64,000 bases of DNA from a virus (Duplodnaviria; Caudoviricetes): IMG/VR virus record IMGVR_UViG_3300023092_000001, positions 6,825 through 70,824 of that record, one strand, 5' to 3'. The stretch's first letter is position 1. Each line of letters starts with the position of its first letter. Positions 25,016-36,400 of the stretch are shown piece by piece. Under the pieces are notes generated by a model. That model made no database searches. It had not been told where the DNA came from and saw only the letters and a program-made list of their open reading frames with translations. The position numbers were made by a program, and so were the translations under genes.

Positions 25016-26917
25016 TCATGCAGCATAAATCCCCTGGAGAGCAGAAAACCGCTTCTTTATTGGGTTTGGCGCTCCTGGCTCCTTTCGGTCAGCAGGCTTA
25101 TCATCAGAAATTAACTTATGCCTAGTAATACATAATTGTAGGCAAATGAACGAGGCGTCGACCACGTCTGGAGAAGTTTTCGTCCTCCCCTTCATCTCAC
25201 GCTTTGTCTCGACGATGATTTTGTTATCCTTTGCCATCGGCTTTGTCTCGCGGTATTTCCGAGTCACCATCTCTGCGGCCATTGGCTTCCCGATGCCCCT
25301 CAGTTGATCACCTCGGAGAAGCGACTTGCCTGCGTACCAAATCTCACTCACACGGCGGTCATATCGGTCTCGGCACTTCACGTTAGGCTCCATCTTCGAC
25401 ACCGGCTTATCGCTAGGTGCGCCAGAGAAATCGACACTCAGGAACTTGCTCGTCCACTGCGAAATGATGGCATCACGGAAGGCCTTGCCCCCAGGACCGC
25501 TTGCATCAATGGCTAGATTCTCAGGAAGCACGCCTTGCTTCTCGCACTCATCACGCAACTTCCTAACAATCTGTGTAGTTCGGTCAATATCCTTGATGCG
25601 CGTGTCCTCGTTGATCTCAACGAAGTTCTGAAACTCCACGGTGAGACGTCCCTCAACTGACATGCCGATCTTCGCGAAGTAGAGGATGGAGCGGTCTCCG
25701 TCATGGGTGAAGCTTACATCAAATCCCGCCACCATCGTCCACTCGCCACGCCACACAGCAGGCTTGAAGGCGTTACTGAAGAGCAGGTCTCCTTGGGTGT
25801 AGATCGTCTGTTCGGCAGTGGCAGAGCACCACATGCCGCGAACACCACGATAGTAGGCTGGCGTGTTGCGCCCACCCTCACGACGAATGGTATCTTCCAT
25901 CTGCTGCTGAGTCATCAGGAAGTTGTAGATCACCTTGCCCTCCAAGATGTTAGGCGATAGCTCCGCATCTAGGCGAATCACATGCCCACCCTTGCGACTG
26001 TTCCAGTCATAGTCATCGTCCCCAACGGATTCCCATCCAGTCTCTGGCTCGCACAGATCTCCAAAGGCATCGAAGTACGTTCCAGGGTTCCCCAGACCGA
26101 TGAGTTGGCAGTTGTGGTTTCTAGACAAGTTTTCGTCGAATGTGTTTACCAGCGAGTGTCCGCACTCAGGGTGCTCGTCGATAACTAAAATAATAGGGTC
26201 TCCTTTCACGCCTCGAATCTCGTCCGCTGACTTCGCTTCCTGTTTCGCCTCGCCCGCCACTAGCTTAATGCCACACGTGCGGTCAGTCTCTCCAGTTTGG
26301 AGGTTGTGGTAACAAATGAGATACTCCGACGCCATAAGCTTACCGCAAACCGGAGCTATGATGGCGTTCCAATAGCTGATCACCTTCCCCCAAATACGAT
26401 TGTTAGCCGCCCCTTTGGTTGTCGAGGTAACGAGGATCATCGCTCCTGACTGAGGAAAGATCTCACCGTTTTGACCTGTGATGGAATACGGCGCTGGATT
26501 GCTCAAGAAGTTGATGATGGCCCAAATGGCAAAGAAGTCGGACTTGCCTGTAGAGCCAGCCCCAGCCACGCCCAAGCGTTTGTATTTACATGCCGCTTTG
26601 AGCATACGTATGGCGTCAGGATGCCAAACGAAAGGCTTGGTGCTCCCTTGGTAATTCCACAGGATGTCCACAATCTGCATGAAGTGATACCACCTCGGTT
26701 TACCCTTAGTTGGAGTCCCGTCCTTGAAAGTCTTCACTACTCGCGAGACGCCATTCTTGTCCTTGGCAATAACCTGAGAGCCGAATGGGTTGCGAAACAG
26801 CGCTAACTCTTGAGAGAGTGGAGACTTCTGTGGAGTTGCCCACTTCACCCCGTAATCTGGCATGGGACGTGGCGGTAGAACGCCCTTCGGCTTTTGCGGG
26901 GGCTTCTTAGTTGCCAT
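25016..26917 (-). CDS. terL: Terminase large subunit
   Basis: Walker A GAGSTGKS, Walker B ILVIDE, GNP coupling motif, RNase H-like nuclease GFDVS, IDASG and C-terminal SPDVVDA. Start trimmed to MATKK (26917; 26926 or 26935 possible). Confidence 0.9.
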   Translation of the reverse strand: MATKKPPQKPKGVLPPRPMPDYGVKWATPQKSPLSQELALFRNPFGSQVIAKDKNGVSRVVKTFKDGTPTKGKPRWYHFMQIVDILWNYQGSTKPFVWHPDAIRMLKAACKYKRLGVAGAGSTGKSDFFAIWAIINFLSNPAPYSITGQNGEIFPQSGAMILVTSTTKGAANNRIWGKVISYWNAIIAPVCGKLMASEYLICYHNLQTGETDRTCGIKLVAGEAKQEAKSADEIRGVKGDPIILVIDEHPECGHSLVNTFDENLSRNHNCQLIGLGNPGTYFDAFGDLCEPETGWESVGDDDYDWNSRKGGHVIRLDAELSPNILEGKVIYNFLMTQQQMEDTIRREGGRNTPAYYRGVRGMWCSATAEQTIYTQGDLLFSNAFKPAVWRGEWTMVAGFDVSFTHDGDRSILYFAKIGMSVEGRLTVEFQNFVEINEDTRIKDIDRTTQIVRKLRDECEKQGVLPENLAIDASGPGGKAFRDAIISQWTSKFLSVDFSGAPSDKPVSKMEPNVKCRDRYDRRVSEIWYAGKSLLRGDQLRGIGKPMAAEMVTRKYRETKPMAKDNKIIVETKREMKGRTKTSPDVVDASFICLQLCITRHKLISDDKPADRKEPGAPNPIKKRFSALQGIYAA

Positions 26918-26972
26918 AGTTGGCATATATTGCATTGCAGTTTCCACTCTCGCCACTAAAATAGGCCCACCG

Positions 26973-27950
26973 ATGCCCTCTAATCTCACGGTCGAACAAG
27001 CAAGGCAGTTTCCGTCGCTGTGGACTGTGGCTGACCCTTCGGACCCCAACTCCTCTTTATTTCTCCCGCTGATCAACAGCGCGAGCGAAGCGATCATTAC
27101 TGCGGGCCAGTGGAAGGGCACGCTCGGCGAGGTGAACTTCAACTCCTCGACCGGTTATGTCACGCTTCCCCGGCGCTGGGAGTCGATCGTTGCGGACCGC
27201 ATGTGTTGCGGGGGCGTTGCTCCGGTTCTTGGACGCTACTCAGAGTTCAGTTCCAGTGGCCCATGTTTCTTTGCGCTTCCTGAGAACCAACGCTGGAATT
27301 TGCAATGCCTTGTCGATCAAGGGGAGTATCCAACTCAGGTCCACCAGCCAACCGCGCTTCCCATCCGCCTAACCATATCGAACGCCCTAGATGCAGGCCA
27401 AACCGTGCGTCTCTACGGTGTGGGTACGAATGGTGAAACGATCTTCGACTCCGAGGGCTTCGAGGGCGTTAACTACACGACGGTCTACCCATCCGTGGAC
27501 ACCACCGAATCCATGATCGTAACGAACATCGTGAAGCCCATGTTTGATGGGTTTATGTCCATCTCTACGGTTGATGGCACGACCGTTACCCAGCTTTCCA
27601 ATTACGAGCCGACCGAGACCAACCCTCTCTATCGTCGCTACAAGGTTGGAGTTATCGACGCCCACACCAATGGCACGCCCGTCATTCGCACGCTCTGCAA
27701 GCGTCGGTACATCCCTCTGGTCAATGAGGACGACTTGGTGTTTCCTTCGAATGTGAGGGCTTTGGGATTCGCCATGAGTGCCTGTAAGCTGGAGCAACAA
27801 GGTAGCTACGAGGTTGGGCAGAGCCTGCCTTTCTGGGACCAGTGCTATAAAACGCTCAACGACTCCCTCAAGCAGGCCCGAGGCAATATCCGCACCCCAG
27901 CGGCGTTCACTTGGCCGGGAAGCGCAGGTTCACTTCCAACTACTCACTAA
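26973..27950 (+). CDS. Tail/head-tail adaptor protein candidate
   Basis: Start ATG 26973, divergent from terL (TTGCAG-N16-TAAAAT upstream); first gene of the ejection-protein operon. Confidence 0.55.
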   Translation: MPSNLTVEQARQFPSLWTVADPSDPNSSLFLPLINSASEAIITAGQWKGTLGEVNFNSSTGYVTLPRRWESIVADRMCCGGVAPVLGRYSEFSSSGPCFFALPENQRWNLQCLVDQGEYPTQVHQPTALPIRLTISNALDAGQTVRLYGVGTNGETIFDSEGFEGVNYTTVYPSVDTTESMIVTNIVKPMFDGFMSISTVDGTTVTQLSNYEPTETNPLYRRYKVGVIDAHTNGTPVIRTLCKRRYIPLVNEDDLVFPSNVRALGFAMSACKLEQQGSYEVGQSLPFWDQCYKTLNDSLKQARGNIRTPAAFTWPGSAGSLPTTH

Positions 27951-27959
27951 TTACTGATT

Positions 27960-28535
27960 ATGGCACTAAATAATTCGTTTGATCCCCTAGGGACTCCTCG
28001 CCCTAGTGGAAGATCCTGGATGGACCCTGGACGCTACGATGAGCGCAAGGCCAGAATGGAGGACCGTTTAAACCGTCGCCAACTTGCGGATTTTGAAATG
28101 GGTGGCGGTGTCGGCAAGGGCCGCTCTTCGTATGGAGGTGGTGCCAACGGACTTCCCAAGCCTCCATTGCTTGGCATGACGCAACAAAACAAATCACCCC
28201 TCCAGCGCCTCCCGATGGGTCAACCCGTACCTGGACAGGGTGTTCCTAGGCCTCCGCCTGGAGCGAATATCAACGCGCCCTCCATGCTGGGAGACATGGC
28301 ATCCATCAACTTCGGCAACGCCCCATCCTTAGGCACTGATCACGCTAACGCCTCTGCTCGCATTCAAGCTGGTCTAGGCACGGTTGCTGACTTCGCCCTT
28401 GTTCGTCGCAGTCAAAGTCCTCGCTCCAGCCAAGGTTTCAACGATGCTGGGGCGCGTCAACAGTACCGCAGCTACCTCGCTAACCCTCAAACGAGCGGGT
28501 TGGTGGCAGCCGCACAACAAGCCCTCTACGGCTAA
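27960..28535 (+). CDS. Internal virion (ejection) protein candidate
   Basis: Gly/Gln/Ala-rich low-complexity protein upstream of the giant ORF. Confidence 0.55.
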   Translation: MALNNSFDPLGTPRPSGRSWMDPGRYDERKARMEDRLNRRQLADFEMGGGVGKGRSSYGGGANGLPKPPLLGMTQQNKSPLQRLPMGQPVPGQGVPRPPPGANINAPSMLGDMASINFGNAPSLGTDHANASARIQAGLGTVADFALVRRSQSPRSSQGFNDAGARQQYRSYLANPQTSGLVAAAQQALYG

Positions 28536-28540
28536 TCTTT

Positions 28541-29650
28541 ATGGCAGGATACATCCCATCTTCGTTTGTCGCCAATCTTTGGGGCCAAGCTCAACCTCAA
28601 GGGCGTGCCCCGTATGCTAGTGGTCTTGCGGCTCCACGTCCCTACGCCCTTCCTCAGGCCGACCCTTATGGCTTGGGCTTCGCAGCCCCTGATCGTTTGG
28701 CGCAGTGGTCCGAAGCCCAGGCACTAAACCCAAATATGCCTATTGCTGGCAACCGTGAGGCGGCTCAGCAGGCTTATTACTCTCAGATCCAGCGTCAGGC
28801 GCAGATCAACGCAGGCAGGCAACAGGGCCAGAATGCGGTCGCAGAGTTGAAGCGCCAACAATGGCTCAACGGTACTCGTAGTTTGGCTGACGAGGCCCCA
28901 GGCGCTCAACTCACACCTGAGTACTACGCTATGCGAGACGCTAATCCGTTGCCCAACGGTGTAAGAGGTGGCGTGGCGTTTCGAGGTGGGGTTCCTGTGG
29001 GCTTCCAGGGTCAGGTTCCAGGTATTCCTCAAGCGGTTCCAGAGGGCGGCCTCAGACCGGATGAGCAACAGGCGTTTAATAACGCACTGTGGGCTAGGGC
29101 CTCAAAGGCCAACGATCCCTACATGGGCCGCATGGATAATATGGCACCAGGGGCTCTTGCTAGCTCTACTCTAGCCTCTGTTGAGGACGATCCCACTTTG
29201 ACACCAGCCGCCGTCCAATCTTTGGGAGCTATGGACCCTGCTCAGTTTAACTTCGCGTTAGGCGCAAATAGTCCTGTCCGCAGGGCCTTGATGGCGATGG
29301 CTGAAACGGGTGGCGCTGTAGCTCCTCCATCCCCAACGGCGGGGATGAGTTTGGCGGATCGTCGCTCATTCCAAGCCAATGCCAAGAGAGGCACTGAGGC
29401 ACGCAAGGATGTTGAGGCCTTCGAGAAGAGCCTGCCCGCTGTCGTATCACTAGTCTCCAAAGAGAACGGCATTGATGTGACTCCTGATCAGCTTGCGAAG
29501 GAGATCATCGAATCCAAAGACAAGCCCACCACCTTCTTTGGCAGCGATCCTATTCGCGTTCTTCTTTATCAAAAGTTCGGCCTGGACGAGAAGCTTCAAC
29601 TTCGCTGGGCTCAGGATTACCTGAAGAAGCAAGCCAAGAATAAAGGCTAA
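28541..29650 (+). CDS. Internal virion (ejection) protein candidate
   Basis: Ala/Gln/Pro-rich, helical; synteny with podovirus ejectosome genes. Confidence 0.55.
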   Translation: MAGYIPSSFVANLWGQAQPQGRAPYASGLAAPRPYALPQADPYGLGFAAPDRLAQWSEAQALNPNMPIAGNREAAQQAYYSQIQRQAQINAGRQQGQNAVAELKRQQWLNGTRSLADEAPGAQLTPEYYAMRDANPLPNGVRGGVAFRGGVPVGFQGQVPGIPQAVPEGGLRPDEQQAFNNALWARASKANDPYMGRMDNMAPGALASSTLASVEDDPTLTPAAVQSLGAMDPAQFNFALGANSPVRRALMAMAETGGAVAPPSPTAGMSLADRRSFQANAKRGTEARKDVEAFEKSLPAVVSLVSKENGIDVTPDQLAKEIIESKDKPTTFFGSDPIRVLLYQKFGLDEKLQLRWAQDYLKKQAKNKG

Positions 29651-29654
29651 ATTC

Positions 29655-30464
29655 ATGCCACTTCCATCTACTCGCGAAGGCGCTCTGTTGCTTGAGCCAT
29701 TCCTCGAAGATCCCAACGCCCCTCAGGCGGTCTTTGGCCTACCTATGTCCCAGCCTCAGACCCAATACTTCACACCGCTTCAGGGCGCTGGGTCGATGGG
29801 TTATGGTGGTCGTGGCAGATACGATCCTCTAGGAGCTCGTGAAAAGATGGTGGAATATCAAATGCGCGCCGAGGCTGAGCAGCATGCGGCCCAAGCATTC
29901 CAAGCCCTCCAGGCGGTCGATCCATCTGCTCCCGACTATGTGAATAAGCGCACACAGATCGCGGCGGCATTCCCTCTTGCGGCTCAAGACCCTCGTGGCA
30001 AAGCGGTGATCGAAGCTTACGATTACGCGTACAAGGCTGCCCAGCAAGACCCGCAGAAAGCCTATCGTCAACAACTTGCATTATCAGGAGTAACGCCTGA
30101 GGAGTTTGCGATAGTGAAAGACCCCATTGCTCTAGGTAATATCGCACACCAACGGAAGCTGGAAGAGCGCCCTGAGCGCCGAGTGGGCAAATCTGTTGAG
30201 GAGCAGGAGTTGGATGGCCTGCGCAAAGCGTACAAGGATGCCAACGACTTCGGTTTGGGTTCTTCGGTAAAGAAAGCCATCGAGGATCGGTACCAAGAAC
30301 TCCAAGGCAAACTTAGGCCTCAGGTGTTTCAGCCTGCCGCCCCCACAACGCAACCTACTGCCACGCCATCTCTGCCACGTATGTCGTCTCCCGATGAGGC
30401 GATGAAGCTGCCACCTGGAACACAATTCATAGACAATGAAGGCAAAATCCGTATCCGTCCTTAA
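29655..30464 (+). CDS. Internal virion (ejection) protein candidate
   Basis: Ends DEAMKLPPGTQFIDNEGKIRIRP, a C-terminal pattern typical of genes just before giant ejection proteins. Confidence 0.6.
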   Translation: MPLPSTREGALLLEPFLEDPNAPQAVFGLPMSQPQTQYFTPLQGAGSMGYGGRGRYDPLGAREKMVEYQMRAEAEQHAAQAFQALQAVDPSAPDYVNKRTQIAAAFPLAAQDPRGKAVIEAYDYAYKAAQQDPQKAYRQQLALSGVTPEEFAIVKDPIALGNIAHQRKLEERPERRVGKSVEEQELDGLRKAYKDANDFGLGSSVKKAIEDRYQELQGKLRPQVFQPAAPTTQPTATPSLPRMSSPDEAMKLPPGTQFIDNEGKIRIRP

Positions 30465-30466
30465 TT

Positions 30467-33400
30467 ATGGCATCATGGGACGAATTTCCGTTGGCTCAAC
30501 CTGCCGCTCAAAGCAGTTGGGATGCCTTTCCTTTAGCGGCTGAACCCAACGCTGACCGGGGGTACGCGGCCCAGATTGGAGACGCCCTGAGCATCGGTTT
30601 AAGCCAAGTTAACAGCGGCACACGAGCTACTTGGAACGCCGCCACAGGCGACAATGTAGATCTCGCGGCAAACCTTGCTGATTATGGTGCGGCGGCATTA
30701 GCGCAACAGAATCTAGAAACCCCAGAAGATCGCGCTTTGTCTGCGGCGTTTGCGAAAAACGCTCAGGAGCTCAATGATGCGAAAGGCTTCTTCCCGTCCG
30801 TAGCGGCGGCCTCAGGCTATGTTGGCTCCGCTTTGGAGCATCCTGGAGCGGCGGTAAAACAAGCTGTCCAATCGGCACCCAATGCCCTCATATCCCTTGG
30901 CACGCAAGTTTTGGGTCGTGGGCTTGGGGCGGCGGCGGGTGGTTTGGCTGGTATTGAGACTGGCCCTGGTGCTATTGTTACAGGCCTCGTAGGCTACTTC
31001 GGAGGGGGCGTGGCGGCTAACACGCTGATGGAATCAGGCCCCGCGATCTTCGACATCCTCAACGAGAAAACAGGCGGCAGGGCGGCAAGCATGACCGCGC
31101 CCGAGATCGAGGCAGCGCTCAGGGCTGATCCGACAATTGCTACCGAAGGCTTGCTGCGTGGAGCTAAGCGTGGGGCAACTATTGGTGTAGTCGAGGGCCT
31201 TGGTCAGTATGGTGCAGGCCGCTTAGTAGGGGCAGCCGAACGAGCCTCCGTGCGTGCGGTTGAGAAGACATTGGTGGATCAGGGTGTTGATCTAGCCAAC
31301 AAGGCCGCTGTCCAGGCTGCTCTGGAAACTCCAGCCATTCGTGAAGCTGCGTCCGTTGCCGCTAAAGCCGCCGAGGCTGGGTTTAGCAATGCAGGCACCG
31401 CTGCTCGTTGGGCTGGGGCTTCGACCATCGAAACTGGAGCTTCGGGCCTGGGTGAGGCCGGGGCTCAAGTGGCAGCAGGACAAGATCTCGACACCACTGG
31501 AATCTTTCAGGAAATGATGGGTGACGCTGTCATGTCCCCAGCAGCTACAGCCGTTGGCAAATCGGTGGCCTTAGCAGGCTCTGGCGTTGACATGCTACGT
31601 GGGACGAATCAACCCCTTCCCGCCATCGTGGACGAAGTGGGCGCAGACCTCACGCAGGCCGAGCTTCCTCCTCCAGTTAAGCTGGCTACAGAGGTCGCTC
31701 AGGCCGCTGCCCCTGTGGCTCCCGCATCATCTGCTGCTCTCATGCAGGTGACGGCGATGTACGCGGAGCAATCCCAAGCTCCTGTTGTCCAACAAGAGGC
31801 GGTTCAGGATGAGATCGTCCAGCCTATAGAGGAAGTAGTCCCAACTCCTGCGGTTGAAGCCGAGGTTTTGGCTGACGCCCCACTCTTTCCTGCCGCCCCA
31901 CCCATCGCTCGTGCTACGACAGAAGAAATGGCCCGAGATGCGGCTGGGGTACTAAGTGGCGAGATTGCGCCTAACGCACAGCCCGCAGCCTTGCTTCCTC
32001 CAGCGGAACAGCTAATCGAAGCCGCTCCTCCCGAGATGCCAAGCTTCGCATCCTACTTACGCGAGAGAGTTCCTGCTGATAAATGGTCGGACGCCGATAT
32101 TCAGGCAGGAGAGGCCTACGCTCAAAGTGGTGGCGACTTTTCGGCCATCAGCGGCCTATCTCGTGTCAAGCAACGTGCTCTCACACGGATGCTGCAAGAG
32201 TTCTCGCCCGAGATCAGAACAGCACAGGAGATGGCTGAAGCGGAAGCCGATGCAGCCTTCAGAGCACGCAACAAGGAGCGCCCAGACTCGCCAACGCTGG
32301 CTGATGAACTAGCTCAACTCCAAGCTCTGCCGATCAATATTGAGTCAGCCTCCATTTCCCCCGAAGGAGAAACACCAAAAGCGGGCCCAACCCCTCGTGA
32401 GCCATCAATTCCCAAGGCCGAAGCCTATCGCATCCTAGCTGAACGATTGGGCCTAACGAACTTTTCCAACATCGTTCTCGGCAACTACGCGCCCTTGAGT
32501 AACGGCACTGTACTGAAGGGATTCGTATCTCAGAACAGCGACAAGATTTACCTCAATATGGGGTCAATCCACGATGCTGACACGCTGGTTGATGTTTTCA
32601 ATGAGGAGGCGGTTCACTTGGTCTACCGAGATCCTCAGGTCGCTAAAGAATGGGCGCGGCTCAAGGAGCTGGCATCTGACGAACAACTTGAGCAATTGCG
32701 CCGAAAGTTCGACCGCCTTGGGTACAAGGATTCGGTGTGGGACGAAGAGGCCTTTGACGAAATCGCCCGAACAAAAGGCTTGGAGTGGCTGGACACACCT
32801 GCTTGGAAGCGCTTCTGGGAGTCGGTCAAAGCAGCGGTCCGCCGTCTATTTGGCCTAACCGACACCACGGAAATAAACCGAGTTGGGGCTCAAATACTCT
32901 CCTACGCTCTGCGCAATCAGCAGCAGATGGCCGCTGATGCGGTAGACTTTGCGGAAGCTCGTGGCGAGAGCCCGATTCGCATGGCCGTAGGGGGCTTGGA
33001 TGAACAGCTTAGCCAAGCATCCCAAGCACTAAAACGTAAAGCCCAGGTCTCGACCGAGAGTGTGAGATCCGCGTACACGCTGGCGACCCAAGGAAAGTCC
33101 AGCCGATCAGTTTCCCTTAAGGAGCTGTACAACCGCGTCAAGGAGTCCAACCCCGAGGTGACGCCCACTCAGTTCATCGCTCAAATCCAAGCGATGGATC
33201 AATCGGGCGATGCGCTTTTGGAGGTTTTTGATAATCCTCAGCAGCTTCAAGAGGCAGGAGAATTCCAACTCAAGAACGCGAGCGGAATTCCTGCCGTGTC
33301 CGTGATCCTCCCAATGTCAGACACCGAGGCTAGGTTTGCGCTTGAGGAACCCACCCCCGAAGAGAAGCCTCGCGCCAAGGTAATGCTCGATCCTGTGCTC

Positions 33401-36400
33401 GCCGCTCGTGAGGCGTCGGCTAATTACCCTTCGACAGACGTTTCCCCATCCCCAGAAACTTCCCAAACATCTCAAGGACGCTTCCAAAGCCCTAAGGAAG
33501 GCGCAGACCAATACGATCCCATTGCCGCATCTGACGCTCAGGCCAAGGTGGATGCATGGCTGGCGGGCAAGCCTCTGGAAGAAGCTTACCAGGAGCTTCG
33601 CGGGACGATGCCGGATGATATGCGTCCAGGAAGCCCCTATTTCAATGCAGCCTTAGTAACGGTGATGGAGAAGATCAAGGGCGCATTTGACGCCACCCAG
33701 TCCGCAGACGTAAAGGAAGAACTTCAGGCGATGGCGGACCGATTGGGGCGTATGTATGCGCAAGAAGGAACCGCAGAAGGACGCGCCCTCCAGTCTCGCA
33801 TCGTCAGCAATGCGCGCCTCACCCCCATGAAGGGATGGTTGGCTGTGCTCAAGGTTCTGGAAGATCGTCAAGAGAGCTTGATCAAGAATCGCTTCAGAGG
33901 CGATCCAGCGGCTGAGTTCGAGAAAGTGAACGAGATAGCCAAACCCGAAGCGGGCGAGGTTGTGGCAAGCATGCTAGATGAAGACCAGTCCGTTGCCATT
34001 AACGAGGCGGAGACCGATGCCGCTATCGAGTCGGCTAACGACACGATGGCTCGTGAGGAGTTCGAACGCATCTTGGCCGAAGTCCGCGAGGAGTACGTCC
34101 AGACCCTCGAAAAGGCTAACGCCGAGGCTCTCCGCGCCTGGGAGGTATCCCAACGCCTCAACGCTAAGAAAGCCAGTCGCACAAAGGCTGTAGAGTCCTC
34201 GAAAGCTCGCGTGGAAGAGGCATGGGCTCGTATCCGCAAGCGTGAGGGACAGACAAATCTGCCTCTTTTCTTCATCAACCCCGCCAACTTGGCAGACTAC
34301 GGCTCTATCGTTGCGGAATACATCTATCAGGGTGTAACCAAGATTTCGGAACTCAAGGATATCATCATCCAGGACTTCGGACCAGAGTCCGAGCCTCATG
34401 TCCAGGAGCTTATCACGGAGGGCATTTCCCAACATAATCTGCGCATGGAGCAGGAAGGTGTTGCAGTTCCTAAGGCCGCAAAGACTGCCAAGGACAAGGC
34501 CCCAGCCAAGCCTCGTACCAAGAGTGTGAAGACCCTTATGCGTCAGCAGTCGGAAGCCGGTGTGAATAACTACGAGGAAGCTGTGCAGAACGTGGCTCAA
34601 GCGCTATCGCTAACTTCCGCCGAAGTGAAAGCGCAGCTTGCGGGTAAGCCGCCCTCTGCCGAAGTTCTTGCCAATCGCGAGCAACGCCGGAAAGAGTCCG
34701 CTGAGCGTTATGCCAGCCGCTTAATCTACCGTACGGAAGAGAGATTCCGCCAAGGCTCCAAAGATCTAGACGACGGCGCTGGTGGAGACACGATCAACAG
34801 GGCTTTTCGCGAACAGGTGGTTAGCCCGCTTCAGCAGGATGAGTTTCGCGCTCGACTTGCTAAATTGAAGGTAGGTCCAGAAGTGGCAGACCGACTCGCC
34901 CTAACCGCTGAGAGGGAGGCTACAGATCAGCAAGCGATGCTCTTGTTTAAGGAGTCTCAAAAGGTCGCGGACGCCAAGGAGTCCATCCTCTCGAAGGCCT
35001 CTCCAAAGTTGGCAAAGATGGTCAACGAACTCCGCAAGAAGATCGCTCCAGGCATGACTTGGGCTGACATCTTTGCCGACCTTCCTGACAAGCAAAAGAG
35101 CCGTCAGCTTTCGATCTACGACCGCTTGCTCAAAGACGAACGCCTCCAAGGCCTAACGCCTGAAGAACGCCTCGATCTCACCAACGAACTCAACCGCGTC
35201 TGGCAGGTGGAGCGTCGCAAGGTGTTTAATCGTGAACTCAGCAAGTTTGGCATTCTGGGAGAGAAGAGTGAGGAGGACACCAAGAAGATCAAGGCGGCTA
35301 TTCCGCGCCTCATGCGGCAGCTTAATCTCGGCCTCTTTAACTCTGAGATGTTCAGGCAGGCGATGGCGGAGCAGTACGGCTTGCGTAGCATGACTTCCGC
35401 CGAGTCACAGGAACTCCAGCGTCTAGGCCAAGAAGCATGGAATCTACCCGAGGGCAGCATTCAGCGCCGTAGAGCCTTGCAGGCCATGCTGGACAAGATG
35501 CAGACCCTCACTGGTGCGAGTAAGTGGGAGTTGCTCAACAATTACTGGGTGGCCTCCGTGCTCTCGGGCCTGCGCACACAGTTCGATACGCACATGGCGT
35601 TCCTCAACGGAGCCGCAACCATTGCTCGCCTTGCTCCTCAGCTTGCTTTGCGCGGCAAGCGCGGAACGGCGACGATGATCAGCGAGTACTTCAAAGGCTT
35701 GGGTGAGGCCGCGAGAGAGGCTTCACGCATCATCCTAGATGGCGACTTCTCGTACCTGAAGCGCAACGAGGAGAGCGTGATGGCTGCTATTGATGGGGAC
35801 ACCGCAATCCGCGCCACCCCCATCAGCGAGCGCATGCTCAGCCAAGGCAACTGGTGGCACAAATACCCAGCCTTAGTGATGAGCATCGTCTCGCGCAGCA
35901 TGTCGGCAGCCGACCATCTCAACAACACCGCCACGAGTCGTGGAGCGATGGTTTATGCGCGGGCCATGAACCCCGATTTCTACAAGGGGGCGCTGACGCC
36001 ATCTCCACAGGAGCGTGCCGATGCCCGTAAACAGGCCATCCTTGAACTATTCGCTGGCGTAGAGCCAAGGACTTCCAAAGAGAAAGCGGACACCACCGCC
36101 CGCACGCGTGAGATCCTCAATCAAGCCGAAGCCCCCGAGACATTGGAGGAGGGCAACCAGATTGGTGACATTGCCTCATACCAGAACGACCCCACAGGCC
36201 TGTTTGGCGGCTTCTACGAGCTACTCAAGGGCATGTCTCAGTCTTTGGAGCGTCGGGCCACGGACTTTTCCCAAGATGACGAAGTGAGTAAGACCTGGAG
36301 AGCGATTGCGGCCTTTGCGGCAGTTACTTTCCGCAGCCTTATCGGCACTCGCTTTGCCCGCTTTGCCACCAACTTCGCAAGCAACGGCACCTCCTTTATT

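Noticed and set aside
26918-27142. ORF-track N-terminal extensions of terL (to 27142) and of the divergent gene (from 26862)
   Set aside because: They would overlap head-to-head; internal ATGs at 26917 and 26973 leave a normal divergent gap with promoter-like hexamers.
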